DNA of 64,000 nucleotides, from NCBI GenBank assembly GCA_016699615.1, contig CP064984.1, positions 1,358,185-1,422,184 on the forward strand, in the 5' to 3' direction. Positions 8,911 to 19,223 of the stretch are shown here, piece after piece. The notes below the pieces were generated by a model that saw nothing but the letters and a program-made list of their open reading frames with translations, did not search any database and was not told where the DNA came from. The position numbers were made by a program, and so were the translations under genes. How positions within the stretch are numbered: position 1 is the stretch's first letter; the number at the start of each line of letters is the position of its first letter. This DNA is from Sphingobacteriales bacterium (GTDB lineage Bacteria; Bacteroidota; Bacteroidia; Chitinophagales; JADIYW01).

Positions 8911-9906
8911 ATGAAGGCAATAATATTAAAAGAAGATGGAAAATTAACGATAGAAGATATTGCTCAACCAATTTTAAAGGAAAATCAAGCATTAGTAAAT
9001 ATAAGTTTTGCAGCACTAAATCATCGAGATGAATGGATTAGAAAAGGACAATATGCAAAAATACAGTTGCCAGCAATTTTGGGCTCAGATGGAAGTGGCG
9101 TAGTGTATAGCGTTTCAAATCCAAAAGATGAACATTGGATAGGAAAGCAAGTAATAATTAATCCAAATCAAAATTGGGGAAGCAATGACAAAGCACAGTC
9201 TAAAAATTATAATATTCTAGGCATGCCTACACAAGGCACATTGGCAGAATTTGTTGCTGTAGATATTGACAGACTATACACAATTCCTTCACATTTAGAT
9301 TTAGAACAAAGTGCAGCATTTCCATTAGCTGGTCTTACAGCATACAATGTAAGTTTCAACAAAGCAAAAATAAGCAAAGAAGATACTGTACTTATTTCTG
9401 GTGTAGGTGGTGGCGTTGCACAATTTGCATTTTTATATAGCATTGCAGTTGGAGCAAATACATATGTTACATCCAGCAAAGAAGAAGTAATACAACATTG
9501 CATACAATTAGGAGCCAAAGGTGGTTGTAGTTACAAAGATAAAGAAGCAATGAAAAATATGTCTGCATCTTATGGAGGATTCAATGTTGTTATAGATTCT
9601 GCTTGTGGTGATGGAATGAATGACTTATTATCAATTCTAAACCCAAATGGAAGATATGCATTTTATGGTGCTACACGTGGATTACCATCAAATTTGAATA
9701 TGAGAAATATTTTTTGGAATCATTTACAACTATTTGGCTCTACAATGGGCAGTGATAATGATTTTAAGCAGATGGTAAAGTGTGTTGAGCAACACCAAAT
9801 AAAACCAATTATAGCTAAAGTTTTTGATTTTGAAAATGCTGAAGCTGCTTTTGATAGAATGCAAAATGGCGAGCAATTTGGCAAAATAATTATAAAAATT
9901 AAATAA
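8911..9906 (+). CDS. Zinc-type alcohol dehydrogenase / quinone oxidoreductase family (MDR) protein
   Basis: 331-aa ORF with an MDR N-terminus (NHRDEWIRKGQY, ILGSDGSGVV) and Rossmann motif ISGVGGGVAQFA. Confidence 0.8.
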   Translation: MKAIILKEDGKLTIEDIAQPILKENQALVNISFAALNHRDEWIRKGQYAKIQLPAILGSDGSGVVYSVSNPKDEHWIGKQVIINPNQNWGSNDKAQSKNYNILGMPTQGTLAEFVAVDIDRLYTIPSHLDLEQSAAFPLAGLTAYNVSFNKAKISKEDTVLISGVGGGVAQFAFLYSIAVGANTYVTSSKEEVIQHCIQLGAKGGCSYKDKEAMKNMSASYGGFNVVIDSACGDGMNDLLSILNPNGRYAFYGATRGLPSNLNMRNIFWNHLQLFGSTMGSDNDFKQMVKCVEQHQIKPIIAKVFDFENAEAAFDRMQNGEQFGKIIIKIK

Positions 9907-9918
9907 ATACAAATATAT

Positions 9919-10920
9919 ATGAACATTATAATTCCAATGGCTGGAAGAGGCACAAGATTACGTCCACACACATTAGTAACACCAAAACCATTAGTACCAA
10001 TTGCAGGAAAACCAATTGTAGAATGGTTAGTAGAAGACATTATAGCACTTTGTGCAGAAAAAGTAGAAAATATTGGATTTATCATTGGTGATTTTGGTAC
10101 AGAAGTAGAGCAAAATTTATTAGAAATAGCCGAACATTTAGGCGCAAAAGGACATATCTATCATCAAAAACAAGCACTAGGTACAGCACATGCAATTTTG
10201 TGTGCAGAAGATATATTACAAGGAAAAGTAGTTGTAGCATTTGCAGATACATTGTTTAAATGCGAAGAAAAAATAAATACAGATGCAGACGGAATTATCT
10301 TTGTACAAAAAGTAGAAGATCCACGTGCATATGGTGTTGTAAAAATGGATAGCAACAACAAGATTACAGATTTCGTAGAAAAACCACAGGAATTTGTTTC
10401 AGACTTAGCAATTATTGGTATTTATTATTTTAAAGATGGCGATAATCTAAAGAATGAATTACAATATTTGATAGATAATAACATCACAGAAAAAGGAGAA
10501 TACCAATTGACCAATGCAATGGAAAACATGAAGAATAAATCATTGGCATTTTATCCAGGTAAAGTAGAAGAATGGTTGGACTGTGGTAACAAAGATGCAA
10601 CAGTGTACACCAATCAACGTATACTAGAAATTAAAAAACATAAAATAGCTACTCCAATTCAATTAAATAATGTTAATTCCTTAGTGATAGAACCATGTTT
10701 TATTGGCAAAAATGTTACCTTAGAACATTCAATAATTGGTCCTCACGTGAGCATTGGAGCAAATTGTATTATAAAAAATTCAAATATCGAAAATTCGATG
10801 ATACAGAATAGCACAAAAATAAATAATAAGATTATACAAAATGCAATGATAGGAAGTAGTGTAGAGATAAATGGTAATGTTGAGAACTTAAGTGTTGGAG
10901 ATTATACAACAATTAGATAA
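9919..10920 (+). CDS. Sugar-phosphate nucleotidyltransferase with a C-terminal left-handed beta-helix
   Basis: 333-aa ORF. N-terminus IIPMAGRGTRLRPHTLVTPKPLVPIAGKPIV. The C-terminus has hexapeptide-like repeats (IGANCIIKNSNIENSMIQNS). Confidence 0.8.
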   Translation: MNIIIPMAGRGTRLRPHTLVTPKPLVPIAGKPIVEWLVEDIIALCAEKVENIGFIIGDFGTEVEQNLLEIAEHLGAKGHIYHQKQALGTAHAILCAEDILQGKVVVAFADTLFKCEEKINTDADGIIFVQKVEDPRAYGVVKMDSNNKITDFVEKPQEFVSDLAIIGIYYFKDGDNLKNELQYLIDNNITEKGEYQLTNAMENMKNKSLAFYPGKVEEWLDCGNKDATVYTNQRILEIKKHKIATPIQLNNVNSLVIEPCFIGKNVTLEHSIIGPHVSIGANCIIKNSNIENSMIQNSTKINNKIIQNAMIGSSVEINGNVENLSVGDYTTIR

Positions 10921-12700
10921 ATGAAAATAACAATAAAATACATTTTTACTTTCATCATTATGCTCAGCATAATGAATTTTGTATCAGCAAAAGATAAAAA
11001 AAAGCAAAGGTAGCAAAGGCAATACAACTACAAGTAAAATTGTAAAACCAAGTAACAAAAAAGAACAAATATATGTAGAAACAACATTTATTGAAGCAGT
11101 ACAAGCAAGCTTACTTGGAAATAGACAAGAGGCAATCAATAAATTTAATGAAGTACTCAATAAAGATAGCGAGAACGATGCTGCATTATTTGAATTAGCA
11201 AAAATATATTACCAAGCAGGCGCAGTACAACAATGCGTTACATATTGCCAAAGAGCAATAAAGATAAATCCAAACAATGAATATTATTATGTGTATTTGG
11301 CAGAAGCACTAGGCGAAAACGGCTTATTTGTAGATGCATCTAAAACATATGAAACACTATTAAAACTAAAACCTAAAGAATATGACTATTACTACGATTG
11401 GGCATATATGCTTGCACAAGCAAAATTGTATAAAGAATCTGTAGATGTTTTAAATCAATTAGAACAAAAAATTGGCGTTAGCGAGCATCTTATTTTATTG
11501 AAACAACCACTGTGGATACAACAAAACAAAGTAGAAGAAGCTGTAGCTGATGTAGAAAAACTAATACAACTATATCCAAGAGAAGCAGATTTCTATTTGA
11601 TGATTGCAGAAATATACGAAGCAAACAATTTAGATGATAAAGCACTGCAAACCTATGAAAGACTAAACAATAAAATACCAGAAAATGCTTCAGCATTGGT
11701 AGGCATGGCAGAAATCTATAGAAAAAGAAATAACCAACCAAAATATCAAGAGTACTTATCAAAAGTATTTGATAGCAAGTCAATAGATATTGATGATAAA
11801 ATTCTGGCAATTATTCCAATATTAGATAAATTAGAAAAAGACACAACACTAAGAGAACCTGTACTCGGAATGGTAGACAAGTTGGTACAAAGTCACCCAA
11901 ATGATATAAAAGCAATTACAGCAAAAGCAGATGTATTGTACAACATCAACAAAAAAGAAGAAGCCTTTGATTATTATAAAAAAGCAATAGAAATAAATCC
12001 AGATTCGCTGCCAGGCACAGTATGGATACAAACATATATACTTGCAGCAGAATTAGAAAAAAATGATGAATTAATTAGTATCACCGAAAAAGGCATAAAA
12101 TATGATAAAGATGATGCTTTTGGATATTTTTATAATGCAATTGGACATCAACAAAAAAAGCAATATGTAGAAGCTGCAAAAAGTGCTAAAAACGGCATAA
12201 GCATTGCAGAAAAAGCATCTATAAACAATTATAATAAACAACTAAAATTACAAATGCTTATTATTTTGGGTGATGTATCCTATGAGCTTAAAGAATATGC
12301 ACAAATGGATAGTGCTTACGAAGCGGCATTAGAAATTGATCCAAATAATCCAACATTACTAAACAATTATGCATACTATCTATCTGAGAGAAATATAGAT
12401 TTTGAAAAAGCAGAACGCATGAGTAAAAAATCAAACTTGCTACAAGATGGCAATGCTGCTTTTGTAGATACTTATGCATGGATAATGTATAAAATGAAAA
12501 ATTACAAAGAAGCATTAAAATGGATTGAAGAAGCTATGAGTATACCTGGCGCAACAGAAAGACCAGATATATTAGAGCATTATGGCGAAATTTTGTATAT
12601 ACTAAACAGAAAAGATGAAGCAAAAGAGCAATGGAAAAAAGCAATAGAAAAAGGTGCTGATAAAATAAAATTGGAAGATAGAATTAAAAATGTAAAATAA
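10921..12700 (+). pseudogene. Exported TPR-repeat protein, frameshifted in an A8 tract (or homopolymer error)
   Basis: ATG 10921 encodes the signal peptide MKITIKYIFTFIIMLSIMNFVSAKDKKKQR* (stop 11011-11013). The 573-aa TPR ORF (10979-12700) continues in another frame. Removing one A from the A8 run at 10996-11003 joins them: ...VSAKDKKSKGSKGNTTT... Confidence 0.8.
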
Positions 12701-12708
12701 TTTAAAGA

Positions 12709-13554
12709 ATGAGAAAGTATCTATTGTATTGTATAATATCTATCGCAATTATCTCTTGCAACACAGCTAAGAAGACAACAAAAAGCAAACAAGCAGATAG
12801 TAGCATTACTACCACACAAAAAAATAGCGATACAACTAAGACAACCAAACCTACAACACCAACTACCACACAACCTACAGAAAAACCAATAGATGCTAAG
12901 ATTCAAAAAATATTAGATGCAATAGCTAGCAACGAACTTCAATTCACAAATTTTTACTCAAAAATTAAAACCAAAGCCACAATAGATCAAAAAAAACAAT
13001 CATTTACAACACAACTAAGATGGCTCAAAAATAAAAAAATGTGGATGTCTATGTCAATCATAGGAATAGAAGGCGCACGTGTATTAATTAATAAAGACAG
13101 TATTCAAATTATAGATCGACTCAATCAAAGAAATATTCTAAAACCAATTAGCTACATACAAAAGAAAGCATACATCAACCTAACATACAAAGACATAGAA
13201 AAAGTTTTCTTAGCTCAACCAATTTTATTCAACAAACAAAAATTAGAACTTTCTGAAACAACAACAGAAAATATTCTAAAATCTAATGATGAACGTTTCA
13301 ATACCATCATCACATTAGATAAACAAAATAATGTAAAGTCAATATTTATTACAGATAAACTAAAAAACCAAACACTATTATCAGAATATAGTGACCATAC
13401 TTTGCTAAATGGCAAACAATTTCCGAAAGAACGATATATAAAAATTATAAATGGACCTGAAATATTTGAACTAAATATGACTTTTGATGATATTGACCTT
13501 GCAAAAAGTTTAACTTTTCCATTTGAACCAAATCCAAAGTATAGTAATGAATAA
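12709..13554 (+). CDS. DUF4292-family (LolB-like) lipoprotein
   Basis: 281-aa ORF with lipobox IAIISC and a Thr/Pro-rich linker. Its position between the TPR protein and an M23 peptidase is the usual Bacteroidota arrangement. Confidence 0.7.
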   Translation: MRKYLLYCIISIAIISCNTAKKTTKSKQADSSITTTQKNSDTTKTTKPTTPTTTQPTEKPIDAKIQKILDAIASNELQFTNFYSKIKTKATIDQKKQSFTTQLRWLKNKKMWMSMSIIGIEGARVLINKDSIQIIDRLNQRNILKPISYIQKKAYINLTYKDIEKVFLAQPILFNKQKLELSETTTENILKSNDERFNTIITLDKQNNVKSIFITDKLKNQTLLSEYSDHTLLNGKQFPKERYIKIINGPEIFELNMTFDDIDLAKSLTFPFEPNPKYSNE

Positions 13555-14815
13555 AATTCTTTTATTGTTCGTCGTTGTTTCTATATTTAGTTTTGAAGCT
13601 CTAGCTCAAAACAAAGAACAATTGGAGAAGAAAAGAGAGCAACTTTTAGAAGAAATAAAATACACCCAAAACCTATTAAAATCTACAAAAGCTAATAAAC
13701 AAATTTCCATTGCAGACTTAAATGCAATTAATAAGCAAATAGAACTTAGACAAAAATTAATAAACAATACACAAGCACAAGTAAACTTATTCAACAACCA
13801 AATAGTTGGGCAAAAAAATGTAGTAGAAAAAAAATCTGCGGAACTTGAACAACTTAAAAAAGAATACGCAGAAGCTGTTGCAAAAACATATCAATACAAT
13901 AAATTTTCAAATAAACTATTATTCATTGCAGATGCAAAATCATTTTCTGAAGCATATAAAAGATTAAAATATTTGCAGAAATATGCACAAGCAAGAGAAA
14001 AACAAGCTGAGGAAATTGCTAATAAATCAAAAGAAATACAAGATAATATCAAACTTATCAATCAAAAAAAATTAGAGAAAGAAGCACTATTAAACAACCA
14101 AATAACAGAAAAAAGCGAACTCAATAAAACGCAGCAAATAAAAAATAAAATTGTCTTCGACTTAAAATTGGAAGAAAGTAATTTGCAGAAAAAATTAGCA
14201 AACAAAAAAGCAGAGGCAACGAAACTAAACAATCAAATTGCTGCAATAATAAAGAAAGAAATAGAAGAGGCCAAGAAGAAAGCTGCCGCAGAAGCTGCCG
14301 CAAAAAAAGCAGCCTTAGAAAAATCCAAATCAACAAGTACAACATCAAGCACAACAAAAGCACCAGTTGAAGTAACGACAACACCAGAGTACGATAAATT
14401 AACCAATAGTTTTTTAGGCAATAAAGGCAAACTTCCGTGGCCAGTTGATAAAGGTTTTATCTCAAAAAGTTTTGGAAAATACAACCATCCAGATTTGCCT
14501 GGCGTATTAATAGAAAACAATGGTGTAGATATAAGAACAGATCCAAATGCCACAGTAAGAACAATTTTTGAAGGTACTGTTGTTGGCATAATTAATAATC
14601 CAATATTCAAAAATGCTGTAATTGTAAGTCATGGTGAGTATTTTACAGTATACTCAAAATTAGAATCAGTAAGTGTAGCCAAAGGACAAAAACTAAGCAC
14701 CAAACAATCTGTTGGAAAAGTATATACAGACACCGAAAATCAAACAGAAGTACACTTAGAAGTTTGGAAAGGCTCAGAAAAAATAAATCCAGCATTGTGG
14801 ATTTATAAAAAATAA
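13547..14815 (+). CDS. Murein hydrolase activator / M23 peptidase with a long coiled coil (EnvC-like)
   Basis: ORF 13523-14815; the likely start is ATG 13547 (MNKILLLFVVVSIFSFEALAQ signal peptide). It has ~250 aa of K/E/Q-rich coiled coil and a C-terminal LytM-like domain (GVDIRTDPNATVRTIFEGTVV). Confidence 0.8.
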   Translation: MNKILLLFVVVSIFSFEALAQNKEQLEKKREQLLEEIKYTQNLLKSTKANKQISIADLNAINKQIELRQKLINNTQAQVNLFNNQIVGQKNVVEKKSAELEQLKKEYAEAVAKTYQYNKFSNKLLFIADAKSFSEAYKRLKYLQKYAQAREKQAEEIANKSKEIQDNIKLINQKKLEKEALLNNQITEKSELNKTQQIKNKIVFDLKLEESNLQKKLANKKAEATKLNNQIAAIIKKEIEEAKKKAAAEAAAKKAALEKSKSTSTTSSTTKAPVEVTTTPEYDKLTNSFLGNKGKLPWPVDKGFISKSFGKYNHPDLPGVLIENNGVDIRTDPNATVRTIFEGTVVGIINNPIFKNAVIVSHGEYFTVYSKLESVSVAKGQKLSTKQSVGKVYTDTENQTEVHLEVWKGSEKINPALWIYKK

Positions 14816-16434
14816 TCATTTACTATCCATAGGATAAAATTCTTCGTACATCTTTTCTGCAAAGTCTGCACCAACGAGCTTTTTATAATTATATACAAAA
14901 TCAATACCAAGCTCTTTCATGAGCAATTCTTGGTCAGGATAATTTACAATAACACCAACCTTATATGTTTTATGCTTAAGCTTTTTTATTTCATTAAATG
15001 TATTCAAATTAGATTGAAAATCACTCATGGCCAAAAGAACCATATCTATGTTAGAGAAATCAGTATTTTCCCAAAATGTAATATCAGTTGAGTCGCCCCA
15101 AACTACATTTCTATTTTTTCTTTTTAAATCTTTAATTGTATCATGACTATAATCCATTCCAATAACCTTATTGTTGCTCACATTTGACAAAAAATCTAAT
15201 GCAGGCAAACCAACAGTACCCAAACCAATTACCAAATATTTTGCATTGTCTAAAGAAATTGGATTTTCATCAATTTTTTTATAAGGTGCTTTGATGTTTA
15301 ATCTTGTAATCAATGGATTGATGTAATCATAAATTTGATGTACATATTGGTTAATTGGCGACGATAGTATGAAAGATACAGCAACAGCCAAAGCAATAGC
15401 AACCAACCATTCTTGTTGTATCAAGCCAAATTTAAGAGCTGTCATTCCAACAATTAACCCAAACTCACTATAGTTTGTCAAACTCACAGCACTCAAAAAA
15501 GAAGTTCTTCCTCTAATATTAAATCGAGTAATGATAAATACATAGAACAAACCTTTTAGTGGAGGAAATACCAAGAGAAAAATTGCAATTATTATAGCAT
15601 TTATGGTAATATCACCAGACAAACCGATGCTCATAAAAAAGGCAACAAGAAAGAAGTCTTTGTATTCAAGCATTTTTTTATACAACTCTTTCGATTTTGG
15701 ATGATTTACCAACAACATGCCCATGATTAATGCACCTAAATCTGGTTTTAGACCAACAATACTAAAACTTAAAGCACCAGCAACAAACGTTGCAAAGAAA
15801 CCAAATATACTCAACAGTTCTCCATGTTCAGAATCATATAATAATTTATAAAGTATTTTTTTTATTAACCATAAATACAATGGCAATGCAAGCGCCCAAA
15901 TGCTTGGCATTTTTTTATTTGATAAGGCTAAAAATATTACGGCAAAAATATCTTGTATGACTAAAATTCCGATAGCAATTTTACCATGGAAAGAACTGAG
16001 TTCGCCTCTATCTTCTAAAACTTTTACAACCAATACAGTACTTGAAAAACTAAGTGCAAATGCAATGATAATTGATGCTTCTAAGCTTAGACCAGCAAAT
16101 TGTGATAACCCAACTGAGCTTAGCATAAATATCACGCACCAACAACTAATGTTGTCACCAACATATGTATAGTTGTAGTTGCCCAAACAACAGGCTTTAC
16201 AAGCTCTTTAATTTTTACTTTCAAACCAATGGTAAACAATAACAACATGATGCCCAAATCAGACAACATATCAATTATAGTATTAAGATAGCTATCTGTT
16301 TGTCCTGTGTATTTGATAAAGAATCCAGCAAATAAAAAACCGATGAGTGGTGGTTGTTTTAGTCTTTTTGCTAACAAACCACTCAACAAAGCTATACTAA
16401 CCCAAATTGCATCTACTTGCCAATTTGTTTCCAT
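14816..16434 (-). pseudogene. Kef-type cation:proton antiporter with a C-terminal TrkA-N (NAD-binding) domain, frameshifted
   Basis: ORFs 16132-16434 (METNWQ...TTIHMLVTTLVVGA*) and 14816-16186 (...VIFMLSSVGLSQFAGLSLEA...) are consecutive parts of one antiporter in different frames. The junction is near 16132-16140 and is not in a long homopolymer. Confidence 0.8.
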
Positions 16435-16478
16435 TCTTGCTGATTTTTACGATTTCTATGAAAATACAAAAAAATCTG

Positions 16479-16486
16479 CAAAAATA
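16479..16486 (-). promoter_or_regulatory. Candidate -7 promoter box (TAnnTTTG)
   Basis: TATTTTTG on the minus strand, about 45 nt upstream of the antiporter ATG (16434). Confidence 0.35.
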
Positions 16487-16576
16487 TATTGCGAAAAGAT
16501 TAATTTACTTCAAACATTTATAGATTATTATATCTGTGTTTTATTAAGATAAAGTTTGACACTTATCAATATATTG

Positions 16577-16596
16577 TATAATATTGTAATACAAAA
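16577..16596 (+). repeat. Left copy of a ~20-bp direct repeat flanking the DUF4082-like gene pair
   Basis: TATAATATTGTAATACAAAA versus TACAATATTGTAATCTACAAA at 17846-17866. 13 of the first 14 positions are identical. Confidence 0.45.
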
Positions 16597-16604
16597 CTAT
16601 TTCT

Positions 16605-17183
16605 ATGAGAAAAAAGAATCTATTGTTTATATTTTTATTTGCAATGCTGTGTTTCGCTTGCAATAAAGAAGATAAGCAAAATTACGGAGCAAGCATTTCT
16701 CCAATTGAGCACGCAGTGAACACATCAAGTTCTATCGAATATACCAATCGTGGTAATTGGACAATTGCAACAAAGTTTGTTAGTAACAAAGATGGTAGAA
16801 TTACACATCTTGGAGCAAGAATTGGAAAAGGTACTTATGTGGTTGCTCTTTGGGATTCAATAACGCAATCAGTTATAACTTCAACTTCAATAATAGTAAA
16901 TGATTCTACAATATTTACATATAAGGACATTCCAGATATAGATATTAAAGCAAATACAAAATACCTTATTAGCATCAATACAAAAAGACAAGATGTAAAT
17001 GCAACTGGATATTATGCTATATGTACTTACAATATATTTCCTGTAACACAAGGTAATATAACTATTTTATCACGTTATGAAAGACAGACAACCTCAGCGT
17101 TGTTGTTATTTCCAGCAGATAATGCTGAAATAGAATATGATTTTGTAGGCATTGCCTCTTTTAAATTTGAACCAAAACAATAA
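16605..17183 (+). CDS. Lipoprotein, DUF4082-like, tandem paralogue 1
   Basis: 192-aa ORF with lipobox LCFAC. The core DGRITHLGARIGKGTYVVALWDSITQSVITSTSI resembles DUF4082. About half its residues match the next gene. Confidence 0.6.
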   Translation: MRKKNLLFIFLFAMLCFACNKEDKQNYGASISPIEHAVNTSSSIEYTNRGNWTIATKFVSNKDGRITHLGARIGKGTYVVALWDSITQSVITSTSIIVNDSTIFTYKDIPDIDIKANTKYLISINTKRQDVNATGYYAICTYNIFPVTQGNITILSRYERQTTSALLLFPADNAEIEYDFVGIASFKFEPKQ

Positions 17184-17193
17184 ATTATAAAAT

Positions 17194-17784
17194 ATGAAAA
17201 CAAAAGTTTTATTATTTGTAGCTACATTTGCAATATTGGCTACATTCTCATGTAAAAAAGAAGAATCAAAAGAAATAACGTACGGTGCAAGTATATCTCC
17301 AGTAGAAAATGTGGTCAATAATTTAGGCACAATATATTATTTTAGAGATGAGCCAACGACTTTTGGTATTAAATTTAAAAGTTCAAAAGATGGAAGAATC
17401 ACACATTTAGGTATTAGATCTGGAAGCGGAACATACACTATTGCTCTTTGGGATTCATCAGCACAAAGTGTAATTACAGCAACATCAATAAAAGTTACAG
17501 ACTCAACAGTATTTGCCTATAAAGATATTTTAGATATAGATATATTAGCTAATAAGGTGTATATTATAAGTATGGGCAACCAAATATCAGAAGGTGGCTC
17601 AGGAGCAAATGCGTACAAGAATTTAAGCGTAGATTATCGTTTTCCTTTTACTCAAGGAGATATTACTTTGCTAAGTTCTTGCTATAAATTTACAAACAAT
17701 GCATTAACATTATTTCCTATTTCTACAGAAGCAACAGGAATAATTTATGGTTTTGCAGATATAAAATTCGAACCAAAAAAATAA
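17194..17784 (+). CDS. Lipoprotein, DUF4082-like, tandem paralogue 2
   Basis: 196-aa ORF with lipobox LATFSC. It shares YGASISP, KDGRITHLG, GTYxIALWDS, QSVITxTSI and FEPK with the upstream gene. Confidence 0.6.
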   Translation: MKTKVLLFVATFAILATFSCKKEESKEITYGASISPVENVVNNLGTIYYFRDEPTTFGIKFKSSKDGRITHLGIRSGSGTYTIALWDSSAQSVITATSIKVTDSTVFAYKDILDIDILANKVYIISMGNQISEGGSGANAYKNLSVDYRFPFTQGDITLLSSCYKFTNNALTLFPISTEATGIIYGFADIKFEPKK

Positions 17785-17845
17785 AGGCAATTGATAGATT
17801 ACCATATGGCAACTTTTGGGCTTGTCTTTTTATTTTTAATCATTA

Positions 17846-17866
17846 TACAATATTGTAATCTACAAA
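17846..17866 (+). repeat. Right copy of the direct repeat flanking the DUF4082-like pair; contains the perfect palindrome TACAATATTGTA
   Basis: See the feature at 16577-16596. Confidence 0.45.
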
Positions 17867-17898
17867 TTCATTTATCTTTATTCTAAAATATTAAAGAA

Positions 17899-19038
17899 AT
17901 GAAGTTTGCTACAAAAGTAATTCACGCAGGAATAGAACCCGATTTGTCATCTGGTGCTATCATGACACCCATTTTTCAAACCTCAACCTATGTACAAGAA
18001 AGTGTAGGTGTACACAAAGGTTTTGAGTATGCTCGTACACAAAATCCTACGCGCAATGTATTGCAAAATCAATTAGCAGCATTGGAAAACGGCAATTTTG
18101 GAATTTGTTTTGCTAGTGGATTGGCAGCAACTGATGCTATTATCAAATTATTTAAAAGTGGCGATCATATAATATCTTGTAATGATTTATATGGTGGAAC
18201 TTATCGTATTTTTAATAAAGTATATGGCAAAATGGGCATACAATCTACATTTGTAGATATGGGTAATGTACAAAATATTACAAATGCCATTACACCACAA
18301 ACAAAACTAATTTGGATAGAAACGCCAACCAATCCAATGTTGAATATTGTAGATATTGAAGCTGTTTGCTCTATTGCTAAACAACATAATATTTTAGTCT
18401 GTGTAGATAATACTTTTGCATCACCGTTTTTGCAAACACCATTAGATTTAGGGGCTGATATTGTAATACATTCTGCTACCAAATATTTAGGTGGACATAG
18501 CGATGTAATACATGGTGCTATTGTTGTAAAAGATAAATCAATTGCTGATGAATTGTACTTTATACAAAATGCAAGTGGCGCTGTGCCTGGTCCACAAGAT
18601 TGTTTCTTAGTACTTCGTGGTATTAAAACATTACACCTAAGAATGGAACGTGCTTGTGAAAATGCACAAAAAATTGCTGAGTTCTTATTAATACATCCAA
18701 AAGTAGAAAAAGTAAATTATCCTGGATTTTCTTCACATCCATCTCATGATATTGCTAAAAAACAAATGAAACGTTTTGGTGCAATGGTATCTTTCTCTTT
18801 GAAAGAAAATAGCATAGAAGCAGCCAACAAAGTGTTGTCTACAACTCAATTATTTGCATTGGCAGAAAGTTTGGGTGGCGTAGAAAGTTTAATCGGACAT
18901 CCAGCAACGATGACGCATGCATCAATTCCATTAGAAGAAAGACAAAAAACTGGTGTTGTAGATTCTTTAATAAGATTAAGTGTTGGAATAGAAGATGCTG
19001 ATGACTTAATTGAAGATTTGGCTAACGCATTAAAATAA
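17899..19038 (+). CDS. PLP-dependent trans-sulfuration enzyme (cystathionine gamma-synthase / beta-lyase / gamma-lyase family)
   Basis: 379-aa ORF with the PLP-lysine motif HSATKYLGGHSDV and family-typical termini. Confidence 0.85.
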   Translation: MKFATKVIHAGIEPDLSSGAIMTPIFQTSTYVQESVGVHKGFEYARTQNPTRNVLQNQLAALENGNFGICFASGLAATDAIIKLFKSGDHIISCNDLYGGTYRIFNKVYGKMGIQSTFVDMGNVQNITNAITPQTKLIWIETPTNPMLNIVDIEAVCSIAKQHNILVCVDNTFASPFLQTPLDLGADIVIHSATKYLGGHSDVIHGAIVVKDKSIADELYFIQNASGAVPGPQDCFLVLRGIKTLHLRMERACENAQKIAEFLLIHPKVEKVNYPGFSSHPSHDIAKKQMKRFGAMVSFSLKENSIEAANKVLSTTQLFALAESLGGVESLIGHPATMTHASIPLEERQKTGVVDSLIRLSVGIEDADDLIEDLANALK

Positions 19039-19223
19039 TGTTATAAACATTTGTGCATGTTTTAACATTCATTATGCATTAAAACAATTGACTATATGTG
19101 TTTTTTTATATAACTTAGAAGTATAAATTCTATGTTATGGTTCAATATATACAAATAGCTAAATACACAGCCTACTTAGGTCTGATATTTATATTGGCTT
19201 TACTTTGTAGTTAGGTAAATCGA

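Noticed and set aside
17785-17898. Possible riboswitches or leaders upstream of the trans-sulfuration gene, and also upstream of thiL, glmS and pdxA.
   Set aside because: The leaders are short and AT-rich, and I could not recognise any conserved SAM, TPP or glmS-ribozyme core elements by eye. A covariance-model scan would be needed to exclude them formally.
19137-19214. 25-codon hydrophobic small ORF (MVQYIQIAKYTAYLGLIFILALLCS) in the 185-nt convergent gap between the trans-sulfuration gene and proC.
   Set aside because: It is too short to distinguish from chance in AT-rich DNA, and I saw no promoter box or conservation evidence.
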